Of a DNA stretch of 64,000 bases, positions 30,887 through 43,599 are shown piece after piece; position 1 is the stretch's first letter; every line of letters starts with the position of its first letter. Source of the DNA: the human T2T-CHM13v2.0 reference genome, Homo sapiens. The position numbers were made by a program, and so were the translations under genes. The stretch lies in the NCBI RefSeq assembly GCF_009914755.1, contig NC_060927.1. One strand, given 5' to 3'. The notes under the pieces are model-generated. The model did no database searches, was not told the origin of the DNA, and saw only the letters and a list, made by a program, of their open reading frames with translations.

Positions 30887-31834
30887 AGGAGACTTTTTAA
30901 TCAAATTTCTTGACATTATTTTAATGGTCTGAGATTCATTCAACCCTAGGTAGCAATCTAATGTTGTGAAGAATGTATGCAACAGCTTCTCTAAAACAGC
31001 TGTAAGTGCATAAAGTTTCTCGGATGTTTAGTATTCCCAAGGGTGTATTTTGAAATATGGTTTCAGAATCAACAAAATTGTTTCTTAATGTACTGTTTTG
31101 CTTGTGTAATTATGCCAGTTAGTTAATGGCAGAAACATTATAATGGAAAACAACCTTAAATATGAAGTATTTAAAACAGTTGTGAGATTTTGTTTCCCAA
31201 ATGGACTTAATAAATCCTACCTGATATTATATTTCCTTTTTAGGAGAGTTTAATCCATTTGTCGTCATTATAATTATCTTATTGATCCTGACCTTTTAAA
31301 TTACTTTCTTATGGTTTATCATGTCACACAGGTGGAGCCTCATATGTATTGATAGTTATACAGTGTTTGATATAATAATTCTAAAAGTAGAATGAATTTC
31401 ACTTGAAAAAACCAATCTAGTGTGAATTTTGTTCAGGCTGAGCGGGTTTCTTTCCCCTCTTAATTTTAGTTTAATTGAGAGAATACATCTGTGGTTCTTA
31501 GCTTAGTGCCTGGCCTATAGTAAATGCTCAATAACCGTCAGCACTTGTGAACATTTTTATTATATTCACTAAAATATTTCAGTTCATTTGTTTTTTACCT
31601 CTAGTAGAAGCTGGTATGCTTTTGTTTGAAATAATGAAATCTCTCAGTATTTATATTTACATAGTCTTACACAATTAAAAGAAAAGTAAACTCTATGAAT
31701 ATATTCTAATAAAATACGTTTCCCAGGAGCTGGTTAAATAATTTAAATTCATTTAATAGTCATCTCAGAATTATAACTTTTCTCATTTATCATCCATTTT
31801 ATTTAATGATGAAAGAATACAAAACCATGTAAGA

Positions 31835-32201
<367 letters not shown>

Positions 32202-33149
32202 TTAAAGCATTTCAATGCTTTGTACTATTTTTTGAAGTCCATATAGTCAAGGTCCCAAATGTTTTATGCCCTCAAAGCACAATGAATTTACATGAAGAGT
32301 CACTAAATGGTAGGAACTGTTGTGTCTCAAGTTCAGGATACTTTCTAAGTGTATGTGTTTTAATATTTTTATTATTGTTCAACATTACTTTTTGCAGGTA
32401 TGATCTACATAAAATTAAGAGAGTGTGGTTTAAGTTTGTTGATACTTAAATTTATTTTAAAAGACTGACCTCAAGAGTGCTTGTCCTGAAATGTTAAGTG
32501 ATTTTAAATTCTTGATAGGAAGTCCATACAAGTATTTTTCCTGCTTCATCCTTATATCATTACTTCTTATTATCACCACACTCTTATAATGTTGAAAATC
32601 AGTCACATTTGGTCTCATTTTTGCTGCCTTAGTTAAGGCTCAGCAAGAGAATTGCTATTATTTAATAAATAGATTTGTTCATTGTCCCTAATGTGACAGC
32701 AGGAATTTGAAGCCATCTGATTTCTTAGCTGGTTCTGTTAATTCAATAATGGCGTCCTACTACCAACTGATGGCTGCTAAGTCACCAAAGCTAAGGTAGA
32801 GGTGTTGGAGAAACTTCCGTTTCAATGATACATGAAAATATGAGCATATTTGTAACCTTCTGGATAATCAATATGCTTCTATCCTTTAGGTTTATGGAGT
32901 TTAACCTTGCGAGATTACCACTTAATATGATAGCTGCAAAATAGATTGTCATATTAGGAGCCTGTGAACTATTATCTTTACTCTGCTATTAGTCTATCAA
33001 TATTATGGTTAATTCTCAGGATTTCCAGATTATATAGGCTTTGCAGATTCTTTGTAGCCTGCCTTAAATTACTCATTAACACCTCCGAAGTAGGGTAGTT
33101 TGGTAGAGGGAAATAAATAACTAAAATTTATGGAATAAAATTTAAGACA

Positions 33150-33330
33150 TAAAGTGATTTTGAAGATCTTCTAATCCAATCCCTTTAGCCCACTCCCCTG
33201 TTTTACAGGTAAGGGGACTGACAGCCAGTGAGGTTAAGTAATGTGTACAAGAGCACACAGTCACAGAACTGGCTGATTGCTGTGTGACTGGGAACCCAGA
33301 TTTCCTAGTCTTGTTCAGGACTCCTTCCAG
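33150..33330 (-). mobile_element. MIR fragment
   Basis: ttttacaggtaaggggactgacagccagtgaggttaagtaatg...cacacag...gggaacccagatttcct. Confidence 0.75.
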
Positions 33331-33934
33331 AAGTTGGAATAACAGAACTTTATTGCCCTGCATTTTACTATGGAACAGAATGAACTGTGCAAAAACAGCA
33401 TGCCTTACCCACTTCTAAAGACTTTTGAAACAGGTGAGTTGTGGGGCGCAACTGTTATTAGAGCAGCTCCAAGGCAAGAACCCAAGGACAGAGCAATGAC
33501 AGGGCTCTGAAAAATAGGTATAGAAATAGCACATATGTTTGAGAGTCATAATGAGGAATAAATAAGATAATGCATTTATGCACTTAGCGTAGTGTTCAAC
33601 ATATAGAGAGTTTTCAATAAATATTAGCTATTGCTATTTATCATAGAATTAAAATTCTTAAGTATCCTTATAGAGTTCCAGCCTGCTGTTAGTTCTGATC
33701 TTCCGCCATTTCCTTTCCCTTCCCCTCCAAACACACGTACATACTCTTCCCTCCAGCTCTGTAACTCTGCAGCTCTGTAGCCCAATTCTAAACCCCAAAT
33801 ATCCATGTTTTTCATGCCTTTATGTCTTTATATAGAATGTACTCTCCACCTGGATTGCTACCCAGCCCATTATTCTGCTCCGCAACTCCTTACATCCCTC
33901 AAAATTTGGCTCACATATCCCTTTGGACATGGTA

Positions 33935-36219
33935 TGATATGGTTTGGCTGTGTCCCCACCCAAATCTCAACTTGAGTTGTATCTCCCAGAATTCCCACGT
34001 GTTGTGGAAGGGTCCCAGGGAGAGGTAATTGAATCATGGGGCCCTGTCTTTCTCATGCTATTCTCATGATAGAGAATAAGTCACATGAGATCTGATGGGT
34101 TTATTAAGGGTTTCCGCTTTTACTTTTTCCTCATTTTTCTCTTGCCACCAGCATGTAAGAAGTGCCTTTCATCTCCTGCCATGATTCTGAGGCCTCCCCA
34201 GCCATGTGGAACTGGAAATCCAATTAAACCTCTTTTTCTTCCCAGTCTCAGGTATGTTTTTATCAGCAGCATGAAAATGGACTAATACAGTAAATTGGTA
34301 TCAGTAAAGTGGGGTGTTGCTGAAAAGGTACCTGAAAATGTGGAAGTGACTTTGGAACCGAGTAACAGGCACAGGTTGGAACAGTTTGGAGGGCTCAGAA
34401 GAAGACAGGAAAATGTGGGAAAGCCTGGAACCTCCTAGAGACTTGTTGAATGGCTTTGACAAAAATGCTGACAATGATATGAACAATAAGGTCCAAGATG
34501 AGGTGGTCTCAGATGGAGACGAGGAACTTGCTGGGAACTGGAGCAAAGGTGATTTTTATTATGTTTTAGCAAAGAGACTGGTGGCATTTTGCCTCCGCCC
34601 TAGAGATTTGTGGAACTTTGAACTGGAGAAAGATGATTTAGGGTATCTGGCAGAAGAAATTTCTAAGCAGGAAAGCATTCAAGAGGTGACTTGGGTACTG
34701 TTAAAGGCATTCAGTTTTATAAGGGAAGCAGAGCACAACCATTTGGAAAATTTGGAGCCTGACTATGCAATAGAAAAGAAAAACCCATTTTCTGGTGAGA
34801 AATTCAAGCCAGCTGCAGAAATTTGCATAAGTAGCAAGGAGCCTAATGTTCATCCCCAAGACCATGGGGAAAATGTCTCTAGACCATGTCAGAGACCTCA
34901 TGGCAGCCCCTCCCATCACAGGCCTGGAGGCCCGGGAGGAAAAAGTGGTTTTGTGGGCTGGGCGCAGGGTCCCTGTGCTGTGTGCAGCCTAGGGACTTGG
35001 TGCCTTGTGTCCCAGCCACTCCAGCCTTGGCTGAAAGGGGCCAATGTACAGCTCGGGCTGTGGCTTCGGAGGGTGGAAGCCCCAAGCCTTGGCAGCTTTC
35101 ATGTTGTATTGAGCCTAGGGGTGCGCAGAAGCCAAGAATTGAGGTTTGGGAACCTCTGCCTAGATTTCAGAAGATGTATGAAACTGCCTGGATGCCCAGG
35201 CAAAAGTTTGCTGCAGGCGTGGGGCCCTCATGGAGAACCTCTGCTAGGGCAGTGTGGAAGGGAAATGTGGCATTAGAGCTCCCACACAGAGTTCCTACTG
35301 GGACCCTGCCTAGTGGAGCTGTGAGAAGAGGGCTACCATCCTCCAGATCCCAGAATGGTAGATCCACCCACAGCTTGAACTGTGGGCCTGGAAAAGCTGC
35401 AGACACTCAACACCAGCTCATGACAGCAGCCAGGAGGGAGGCTATACCCTTTAAAACCACAGGGGTGGAGCTGCCTAAGACCATGGGAACCCACCTCTTG
35501 CATCAGCGTGACCTGGATGTGAGACCTGGAGTCAAAGATCGTTTTGGAGCTTTAAAATTTGACTGCCCTGCTGAATTTGGGACTTGCATGGACTCTGTAA
35601 CCCCTTTGTTTTGGCCAATTTCTCCCATTTGGAATGACTGTATTTACCCAATACCTGTACCCACATTGTATCTAGGAAGTAAATAGCTTGCTTTTGATTT
35701 TACAGGCTCATAGGCAGAAGGGACTTGCCTCGTCTCAGGTGAGACTTTGGACTGTGGACTTTTGGGTTAATGCTGAAATGAGTTAAGACTTTGGAGGACT
35801 GTTGGGAAGGCATGTTTGGTTTTGAAATGTGAGGACATGAGATTTAGAGGGGACAGGGGCAGAATGACATGCTTGGCTGTGTCCCTACCCAAATCTCAAC
35901 TTGAATTGTATCTCCCAGAATTCCCATGTGTTGTGAGAGGGACCCCGCAGAGGTAATTGAATCATGGGGGCCAGTGTTTCTCATGGTATTCTCATGATAG
36001 TGAATAAGTCTCACGAGACCTGATGGGTTTATCAGGGGTTTCTGCTTTTGCTTCTTCCTCATTTTTTCTCTTGCCACTGCCATGTAAGAAGTGCCTTTCC
36101 CCTCCCGCGATGATTCTGAGGTCTCCTCAGCCATGTGGAACTCTTAAGTCCAATTAAGACTCTTTTTCTTCCCAGTCTCGGGTATGTTTTTATCAGCAGC
36201 ATGAAAATGAACTAATACA
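33935..36219 (+). mobile_element. Full-length THE1A provirus: 5' LTR 33935-34289, internal 34290-35864, 3' LTR 35865-36219
   Basis: Two ~355-bp TG..ACA LTRs with the THE1A-type ctcccagaattccca, purine tract before the 3' LTR, TSD tggta/tggtg. Confidence 0.95.
34338..35686 (+). pseudogene. MaLR (THE1-int) gag-derived ORF, disrupted by one stop and one frameshift
   Basis: ATG TGG AAG TGA at 34338; ORFs 34386-35276 and 34886-35686 join near 34895 into the THE1-int protein. Confidence 0.8.
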
Positions 36220-36578
36220 TGGTGTTTCTGAGGCTTCTCAATTAGAGAATTTGTTGTATTATTTTGTAGTTATTTATTTACAAGTCATCTGCTTCCTTAA
36301 GTGATAAGCTCTTTGAGGTCAAGTACTGTTTCTTTTAGCTCTATGTGTTTATTAGCAAATGCTTGGAGTACGATAAACATTTGATAAATGTTAAAAGAAT
36401 GAATACTTGAATGAATTATTAGGCTTACTTTGTAACTCAGTTCAGCCAGCCCTCTGCTTTTCATAGCTGTGAATTTTGACAGTTGCTCATGTAGTAGACA
36501 AGAGGACAACCACGCTTACTACTTTATTCATTTTCCCTTTCGAGTGTCATAGATGTTAAACATTTCACTTGATTCATG

Positions 36579-36610
36579 GGTGCCATCTGGTGGAGGAAAG
36601 GCTAACTACA
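36579..36610 (-). promoter_or_regulatory. Candidate CTCF site, reverse, with upstream motif
   Basis: Minus strand reads TGTAGTTAG ccttt cctCCACCAGATGGCAcc. Confidence 0.65.
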
Positions 36611-36757
36611 GATGCATGCTTCACCAAAACATGTAGAAGTTTAAGATTATTACTGCTCATTAATATGGAAGTTGTCACTGTTTCCTGGTAGTTTCCAGAA
36701 GTGTAGTCAGGAAAAACTCCTTGGCGACTGCTTTTTTCATTCCTGTACATTGGTTTC

Positions 36758-36890
36758 TTATTTTTATTTTGTAGAGATGGGAGTCTTGCTATATTGCCTA
36801 GGCTGGTTTCAAACTCCCTGACTCAAGCAATCCTCCCACCTTGGCCTCCCAAAGTGCTGAAATTACGGATGTGAGCCATCACACCCAGCC
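36758..36890 (-). mobile_element. Alu monomer (FLAM-like)
   Basis: Single left-arm sequence ending gtgagccatcacacccagcc. Confidence 0.85.
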
Positions 36891-39197
36891 TTAATTTTAG
36901 GAAGTTGTTCATTCATGAATAATGTTTGAAAATATTTTTTAAAAAGATACGTGTTATTAAATATTGTTTACTTGTCAGTGTGGCAATTTATGTGATTTAA
37001 GGTAAACTGATTATTTAAAGTTTGAGATACTGAATTTTTAAATTTTTCCATGACACTGAGTTTTTTATTCATTCATTCTCCAAGCATTTATTGAGCATCT
37101 ACCTAATGCCTGACATTGTAAAAAGTGCTAAAGAACCAGAAATGAAAGACAGTATGAGTCTTGGTCCAAAGAATAGTTAGGTAAGAATGTAAACCATGTA
37201 ACTTTTCCTAAGACAAATCATACAAACTTCATTTAGATTTTCATAAGAATTCCTTATGTGCATGGACCCCTCCATGTGCATATAAACATCATAGATATAA
37301 AGCTACCAGTTTTAGACTTGCCATTTTGATGGATTTTCTTCGAGTATATAAATCTAAAGGGAAATTCTTTATGATTTTTCATAAAAAGTAGATATTTATT
37401 CAATATTCACATTTCTGTACTGCTTACACTCTACCTATCTGAAGGATAGACTTTTTTTTTTTAAGCTACCTGGAACATTGTAATGAAGCAGGAAGTAAAC
37501 AAAAAGGAACTGAGGAGTAAAAAACAATCACAAAACTCATGTACCTTTCTCCAGTAAGAAGGTTAAACATTTTCCAAGTCTTAAGGCTAGATAATTGTGC
37601 ATAAAGCAGCCTCTTAGAAACAGGATTATCTGCCAATGGAGGAGAACCAAGAGCTTCTCACAGCGATCAGGGTAATGTGCTGTGGAAACCAAACTCATAT
37701 GCAGGAGACATGCATGCCACAACCCTCCCTTTGTGTTCCCAAGGTAGCCCTAAATCATCAAGAAAATGCTGGATTTTCTTCTGTGCATTCTTTTTGAAAA
37801 ACTTTGAGAAGTATGTTTTTTCATTTTGAAGCATTTTCATCAAAAGAGGTTAAAATAATTTTTCATCAGTTGGAGTATTAAAGTTGAGTTAAATGGGACA
37901 TTCACTTACGTGGAACTCTTCATTCCCTGATGGCACTCATTAAATGAGGTATTGTGGAATTTAGCTATCATTTACAGAAGTTGTATTTGAAAGATTATAC
38001 AAGATACACACATAGAAATCCAAACTTAATTTTCTTTTTAATTGAAGAACTGGAAAGGATTCTGAGAATTTACCTAGTTCTTAGGAAGGATACCATTAAA
38101 ATATTGTATTAAAATGTGTTATATGTAAAATTTTGTTTTGTACTGCTCTTGAAGGAAAGATTTCAAACAGAATTGGCATTTCATTTAATTGATAGTAGAA
38201 ATTCAGTGCAAAAATGGCCAGCCACCTGTCTTCTGAAGTTCTATTAATCTTCACTATTTAATTGCCTGAATGTGGACATAGATTTGTGTTAGAAAAGAAA
38301 GCTTGGTTTGTTGTGTGTGTCTCATAAGTCATGTTGACTTATTTAGTGACTTCTTTATTCTAGGGCACTTGTATCAACACAATGTGTTTTGAAGAAGAAT
38401 CACAGGTACTACCTTGGGGAATATAAGGAAATTAATAATTGGGTATATTGTAGATGGCAAAGTTTATAATTTTTCTCATCTCTTTCCATAATGCTTTATG
38501 ACATCTGGAACTTGCTTGTTGCAACCATAAATCTTCACGTGGATCATCCTTGTTTATGGACTATTTGGGTATAGGACATAAAGATAGGACACTGTTCCAC
38601 AGCAGATTTTTTTTTCTTGCTGTTTGAGAGACACCAGCCTTCACTAAGCAGTTCATTATTTTCTAAGGTTGGAGCAGCTGTGGATCACCATAATTATGGA
38701 TTTAGTATGTCCCTGCCAACCTACTGTGAATCTTAATTCAAATTTTACATGTCTCTTTGGGGCCTTGTTAATTTTCTCATTATTATGTGGTTCCTGACAA
38801 ATGACAGTTTTGAGAATCTAAAGTTGCTTAAGTTAGTTTTTTATGAGGTATTGCCAATTGCTCATTGTTTTTATAATTCTTAATCACATTTTTATTTTTA
38901 ATCTTACATTAAATAAAGCAGCTGCCCTTTATAATGTCTGGGTGTATTTTTACCCATCCATTTTCTCTGAGGACTGCTAAAAGACTACAATTTCTAAGAC
39001 TCTCTAACTTTTTAGGTTATATGGTCAAGCAGAAAGAAAGAAAACGCCTAAGAAAAATATCTGGAGTGTTAGAATTTTTAAATCAGAGCTATTTCAAGGT
39101 GAGGACGATGATGTGCAGCTTATTTTTGTACACCTCAAATTTAACACAGTGCCCCATACATGAAGGCACATAATAAATGCAAGCTAAAAAATTAATT

Positions 39198-39915
39198 TTA
39201 TATATAATATATATGTTATATATAACATGTTATATATTATATAATATATATGTTATATATAACATGTTATATATTATATTATATATGTTATATATAACAT
39301 ATATTATATATGTTATATAACATATATATGTTATATAACATATATTATATATGTTATATATAACATATGTTATATATAATATGTTATATATAATATATGT
39401 TATATATAACTGATGTTACATATATAATATATAGTGGAGATATATATATTATATATAACTATATATAACATATATATTATATATAACTATATATAACATA
39501 TATTATATATAACTATATATAACATATATTATATATAACTATATATAACATATATTATATATAACTATATATAACATGTTATATATAACTATATATAACA
39601 TGTTATATATAACTATATATAACATGTTATATATAACTATATATAACATGTTATATATAACTATATATAACATGTTATATATAACTATATATAACATGTT
39701 ATATATAACTATATATAACATGTTATATATAACTATATATAACATGTTATATATAACTATATATAACATGTTATATATAACTATATATAACATGTTATAT
39801 ATAACTATATATAACATGTTATATATAACTATATATAACATGTTATATATAACTATATATAACATGTTATATATAACATATATGTTATCTATCTATCTAT
39901 CTATCTATCTCCACT
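39198..39915. repeat. AT-rich minisatellite with 12 perfect 24-bp units (ATGTTATATATAACTATATATAAC, 39576-39863), followed by (TATC)n
   Basis: Directly visible; the ORF track shows MLYITIYN x12. Confidence 0.97.
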
Positions 39916-39947
39916 GATTTTGTTTTAGTTTGGCCATCCATCTGTAA

Positions 39948-40155
39948 CAGTGTTTGGCACACATTTTCTGTAAAGAGCCATGTGGTAACTATCTTAGGCT
40001 TTGCATACCATCCAGTCCCTGTCTCAGCTGCTCAACTCTACCATTATAGTGCAAAAGCAGCCATAGGCAATATATAAACAAATGGGCACAGCTATGTTCC
40101 AGCAAAACTTTATAAAGACGGATGTTTGGGCTTCAGTTTGCCATCCTGAATTTAG
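39948..40155. mobile_element. MER58A (hAT-Charlie)
   Basis: ttttctgtaaagagcca...ttaggctttgc...ctcaactctaccattatagtgcaaaagcagccatag...gttccagcaaaacttta. Confidence 0.8.
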
Positions 40156-40421
40156 ACCAAGGCTCATAAAGAGGTCTCATCTCATGTGCTAACTTTGATT
40201 GATTGGTGGCTGCCTTGGAATACTGTATTGAGAAGGAATCTCAGGGTCAATCTAGGTTCAGTGGTAAATAATTCATTAGTTAATGGCTGCCATAGGCATT
40301 GTTTTGATCTGTCCTATAATTTATTTTGAGGACACTGTGACTTGTGCAGATGGTTGCCTTTATTTCTTTGCATTGGGTGCCAAGAAACTCAGAGTTACTT
40401 TTTAATCATCTGTAACAAATA

Positions 40422-40869
40422 TAGTTGACCCTTGAACAACCTGGGTTTGAACTGCACAGGTCCACGTACACACAGATTTTCTTCTGCCTCTGTCAATCCT
40501 AAGACAGCAAGACCAACTCCTCCTTTTTCTCCTCCTCCTCAGCCTACTCAACATGAAGATAACGAGGATGAGACCTTTATGATGATCCACTTACACTTAA
40601 TAAATAGTAAATATGTTTTCCTTATGATTTTCTTAATAACATTTTCTTCTCTCTGGCTTACTTTGTTGTAAGAATACAATAGATAATACATATACCATAC
40701 AAAATATGTATTAATCAACTATTTATGTTATTGGTAAGGCTGTCATTCAACAATAGGTTATTAGTAGTTACATTTTGGGGGAATCAAAAGTTATTTGTGG
40801 GTTTTTGACTGTGTTGGAGTTAAGGGTCAACTGTATGTATGTAACCCCATGTTGTTTAAGGGTCAACTG
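40422..40869 (+). mobile_element. Tigger2a/MER28 DNA transposon
   Basis: TIRs agttgacccttgaacaac / gttgtttaagggtcaactg with TA target sites. Confidence 0.9.
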
Positions 40870-42169
40870 TAAAAGGAATAGTAAAGCACATATTTTGCAT
40901 CTAACTTTATCCCTAGCTTCATCTCAATTTTACCATCTTACTTTTCTTAGCCCAGAGTTCCTAAAACTTGCCTACATAAAATATTTATGAAACCATAGAC
41001 TTTACCAAAGAGCAAAGGCTTACTGGGGGTTTGCAAGGACACATCTACAAAACATTGATAATCATACCTACCTTGCAGGGTTGGTGAGAATTAAATGAAG
41101 TAATTAATATAAAATACCAAGCACAGTACCTGGTACATAGTAAATACTGCATACATGGTAGCTGTTAAATGTATGCCTTCAGAGAGCTCCGCCAACCCAC
41201 ATAGAAGGGTAAATCACATTACTTCTGATTTCTCCAGCCCTCCTTGCAGATAGGTGGAAAAACCCCTGAAGATGTAAAAACTCTCTCTTGATTACCCAGA
41301 TTTCATCTTGTGGAACTGAGTCCTCCCTGTGGGAAATACTAGGCCACTCTATACATTTGAGTATTTTTTTTTCCTACTCCTCTGTTTGTGGGCAACTTTC
41401 TGTGTGGAATAGGACCACGTATCCACACAGGAAAATAACAAGGTGGGATTTGGAGTGGAGAGACCATTGGGCTTCTTTCCTTTGCCTTTGAAAGTGCCAC
41501 TTTCTTGTCATACTGGGCAATTTCCATGCAATTCTTAAAAGTTCATTTTAATTTTATTCCACTGAGTTTTGGGGCAAGAATTTTACAAATTGAGATGAAT
41601 GATTTGAAGTTAGTTGATGCTTATCAATTGATGCTATTTTAGCCCACAGTTCCCTTCATAAAATAATATCTTTTCTGACTTAAAAAATGACTGGTATAAG
41701 ACACCCAGATATTTTACAATTCTACATGCTATAGCAAAGAATCAAAATGGTGTACATTCTACACTTGAGAGAAATGTGAAAGGAGAGTTGCCAACACTAA
41801 AGCAGCAGCATGAGTAAGAAAGAGAAAGAGTGAAAAATACACAAAGTGTTAACTGGCAAGTCAGGAGCTCATTAGGCCTAACCTTGTTCTTAACTCAGAC
41901 TCTTCATCATAAACCCATTTTGATGAAAAGAAATTCGGAAACTAATTTTTCCCCACAACAAATAGAAAGTTAGTATTGGTTTTAGCTGGGCAAATGTAGT
42001 GATATTTCTCCCTTCCTTAATGTTCCTCAGCAGTCCCAATGGCCGGTATCTAGCACCTCAGAGCAATTTTGAAGCCTTTTCTCCTGTAAAATACAACTTC
42101 TATTCACCCATGGCTCTAATTTATCCACATTTTTGAAAATTCATATCAATAAAATATACTGTTTTTCCT

Positions 42170-42860
42170 GTCTGTGTTAGCTTCTTCTTGCTCCTTATCC
42201 CTTTGTCTGTGAACCTCCTCATCATTTTTTAGATCTTGGCTTTACATCACTCTCTCAGGAAACCCTCTTCTCCCCATTCCTCCTTCACCCCCAACCAGGC
42301 TATTTAGGTTCTTTGTTTTATCTCATCAAAGAATCTTGTTCATTTCTATCTCCCCACTAGACCATAAGCACCATGAGAGCAGGGACATGTCTACTTCTGC
42401 CCACTCCCCAAGAACAGCTAAAAGAGCACACCCGTCTATGTAGCAAAATAGTGGGAAGATTCATGGGTAGTGGTGACAAGCCCTCCAAGCCTGGTGATAG
42501 CTGGTTGTCCAAGATAGAATCTTAGTTCAACTTTAAATTTACCTACAGAACCACTTAATTCCCCTGTAAATTTAACTGTTAGTCTAAAGACGGACAGCTC
42601 TTTAGACACTAGGAAACAACCTTTATGTAGAGAGTAAAAAATATTATTTCCATAATTGGCCCAAAAGCAGCCATCAATTAAGAAAGCGTTCAAGCTCAAC
42701 ACCTAACCACCCAAAATTCTAATCGCACCACTGAACTCCTTACATCACATTGGACTAATCTATTACTTTATAGAAGCAGTAATGTTAATATAAATAACCA
42801 TTTATCTCTAGCACCTAGCACAGTGTCCAGCACATAGTCGACATCCAATAAATATTAATT
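42170..42860 (+). mobile_element. L2 3' end interrupted by a NUMT
   Basis: ctccccactagaccataagcaccatgagagcagggacatgtct before, and tctctagcacctagcacagtgtccagcacatagt...aataaatatt after. Confidence 0.75.
42407..42798 (+). pseudogene. NUMT: fragment of mitochondrial 16S rRNA (MT-RNR2)
   Basis: aagaacagctaaaagagcacacccgtctatgtagcaaaatagtgggaagat...cctggtgatagctggttgtccaagatagaatcttagttcaactttaaattt...aattaagaaagcgttcaagctcaac match mt 16S, with many substitutions. Confidence 0.95.
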
Positions 42861-43599
42861 AAAAGGATATACTTCTAGCTTATGACTGTGACTGCCCGTC
42901 CAGCTATTTTCTTATGGAGTTGAAGTCAGACTTGGGAAAAAGATATATTTTTCTCTGTAAGGTTCATGAACTGTATGCCCATCCAAATTTTAAAATATGT
43001 CATTTTCTATTTACACAAGCAGGTGCAGTCACTGCTGAAACTATAGCTTTTCCACACAATTAGGTATCTCATTTTCCTCTTGCTAAGATAAGATACCCTT
43101 TCAAACCTTGTTTGCATAGTTATGCAACACTGCCGGTGATGCTGAGTTCCTTTCCCTTCTGCTATATTTTGCTGCAGCTTTCCAGGATTCAAAGTCCCAC
43201 TTGCAGTCCTCGGCAGGAGGGGTCAGGTCAGTGTTCTTACCATGCCTGGGATGGTCAAGAGGAAATCATTGTGTTTTCACAGTGCTTTGCCACAGGTCAT
43301 TTTGTGGCCTGTTTTACGCAGCTTGCTGAGATTTGCCTGATTGCCCACAAGCTGTTGGGAAAGGATTCCAGGTGCTCCCTTGCATTAGAAGTACACAAGG
43401 TCAGTTAGTTTGCTTCAGGAAAGGGCTCAGCCTTCTTGAGGCTGAGCAGACTAGCAATTTTGTATGATTTAAAAAAGCTGTGGCACTGAGGGTTGAAAGG
43501 CCATGTAGGAACGTCATTGCATATAGTCAAGGTTTTCCCAGGAATTAAAAATGTTTACTTGCCAAACTCTGTCTTGGGGGACTCTTCTTGTGGAGGGTC

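Noticed and set aside
39539-39917. MLYITIYN / MLYIVIYN repeat proteins or a CRISPR-like array
   Set aside because: A pure 24-bp tandem repeat without spacers; open frames follow from a stop-free unit whose length is divisible by 3
42436-42702. 88-aa ORF or humanin-like (MTRNR2L) gene in the NUMT
   Set aside because: Non-ATG start, antisense to rRNA sequence; the fragment ends before the humanin-coding part of 16S
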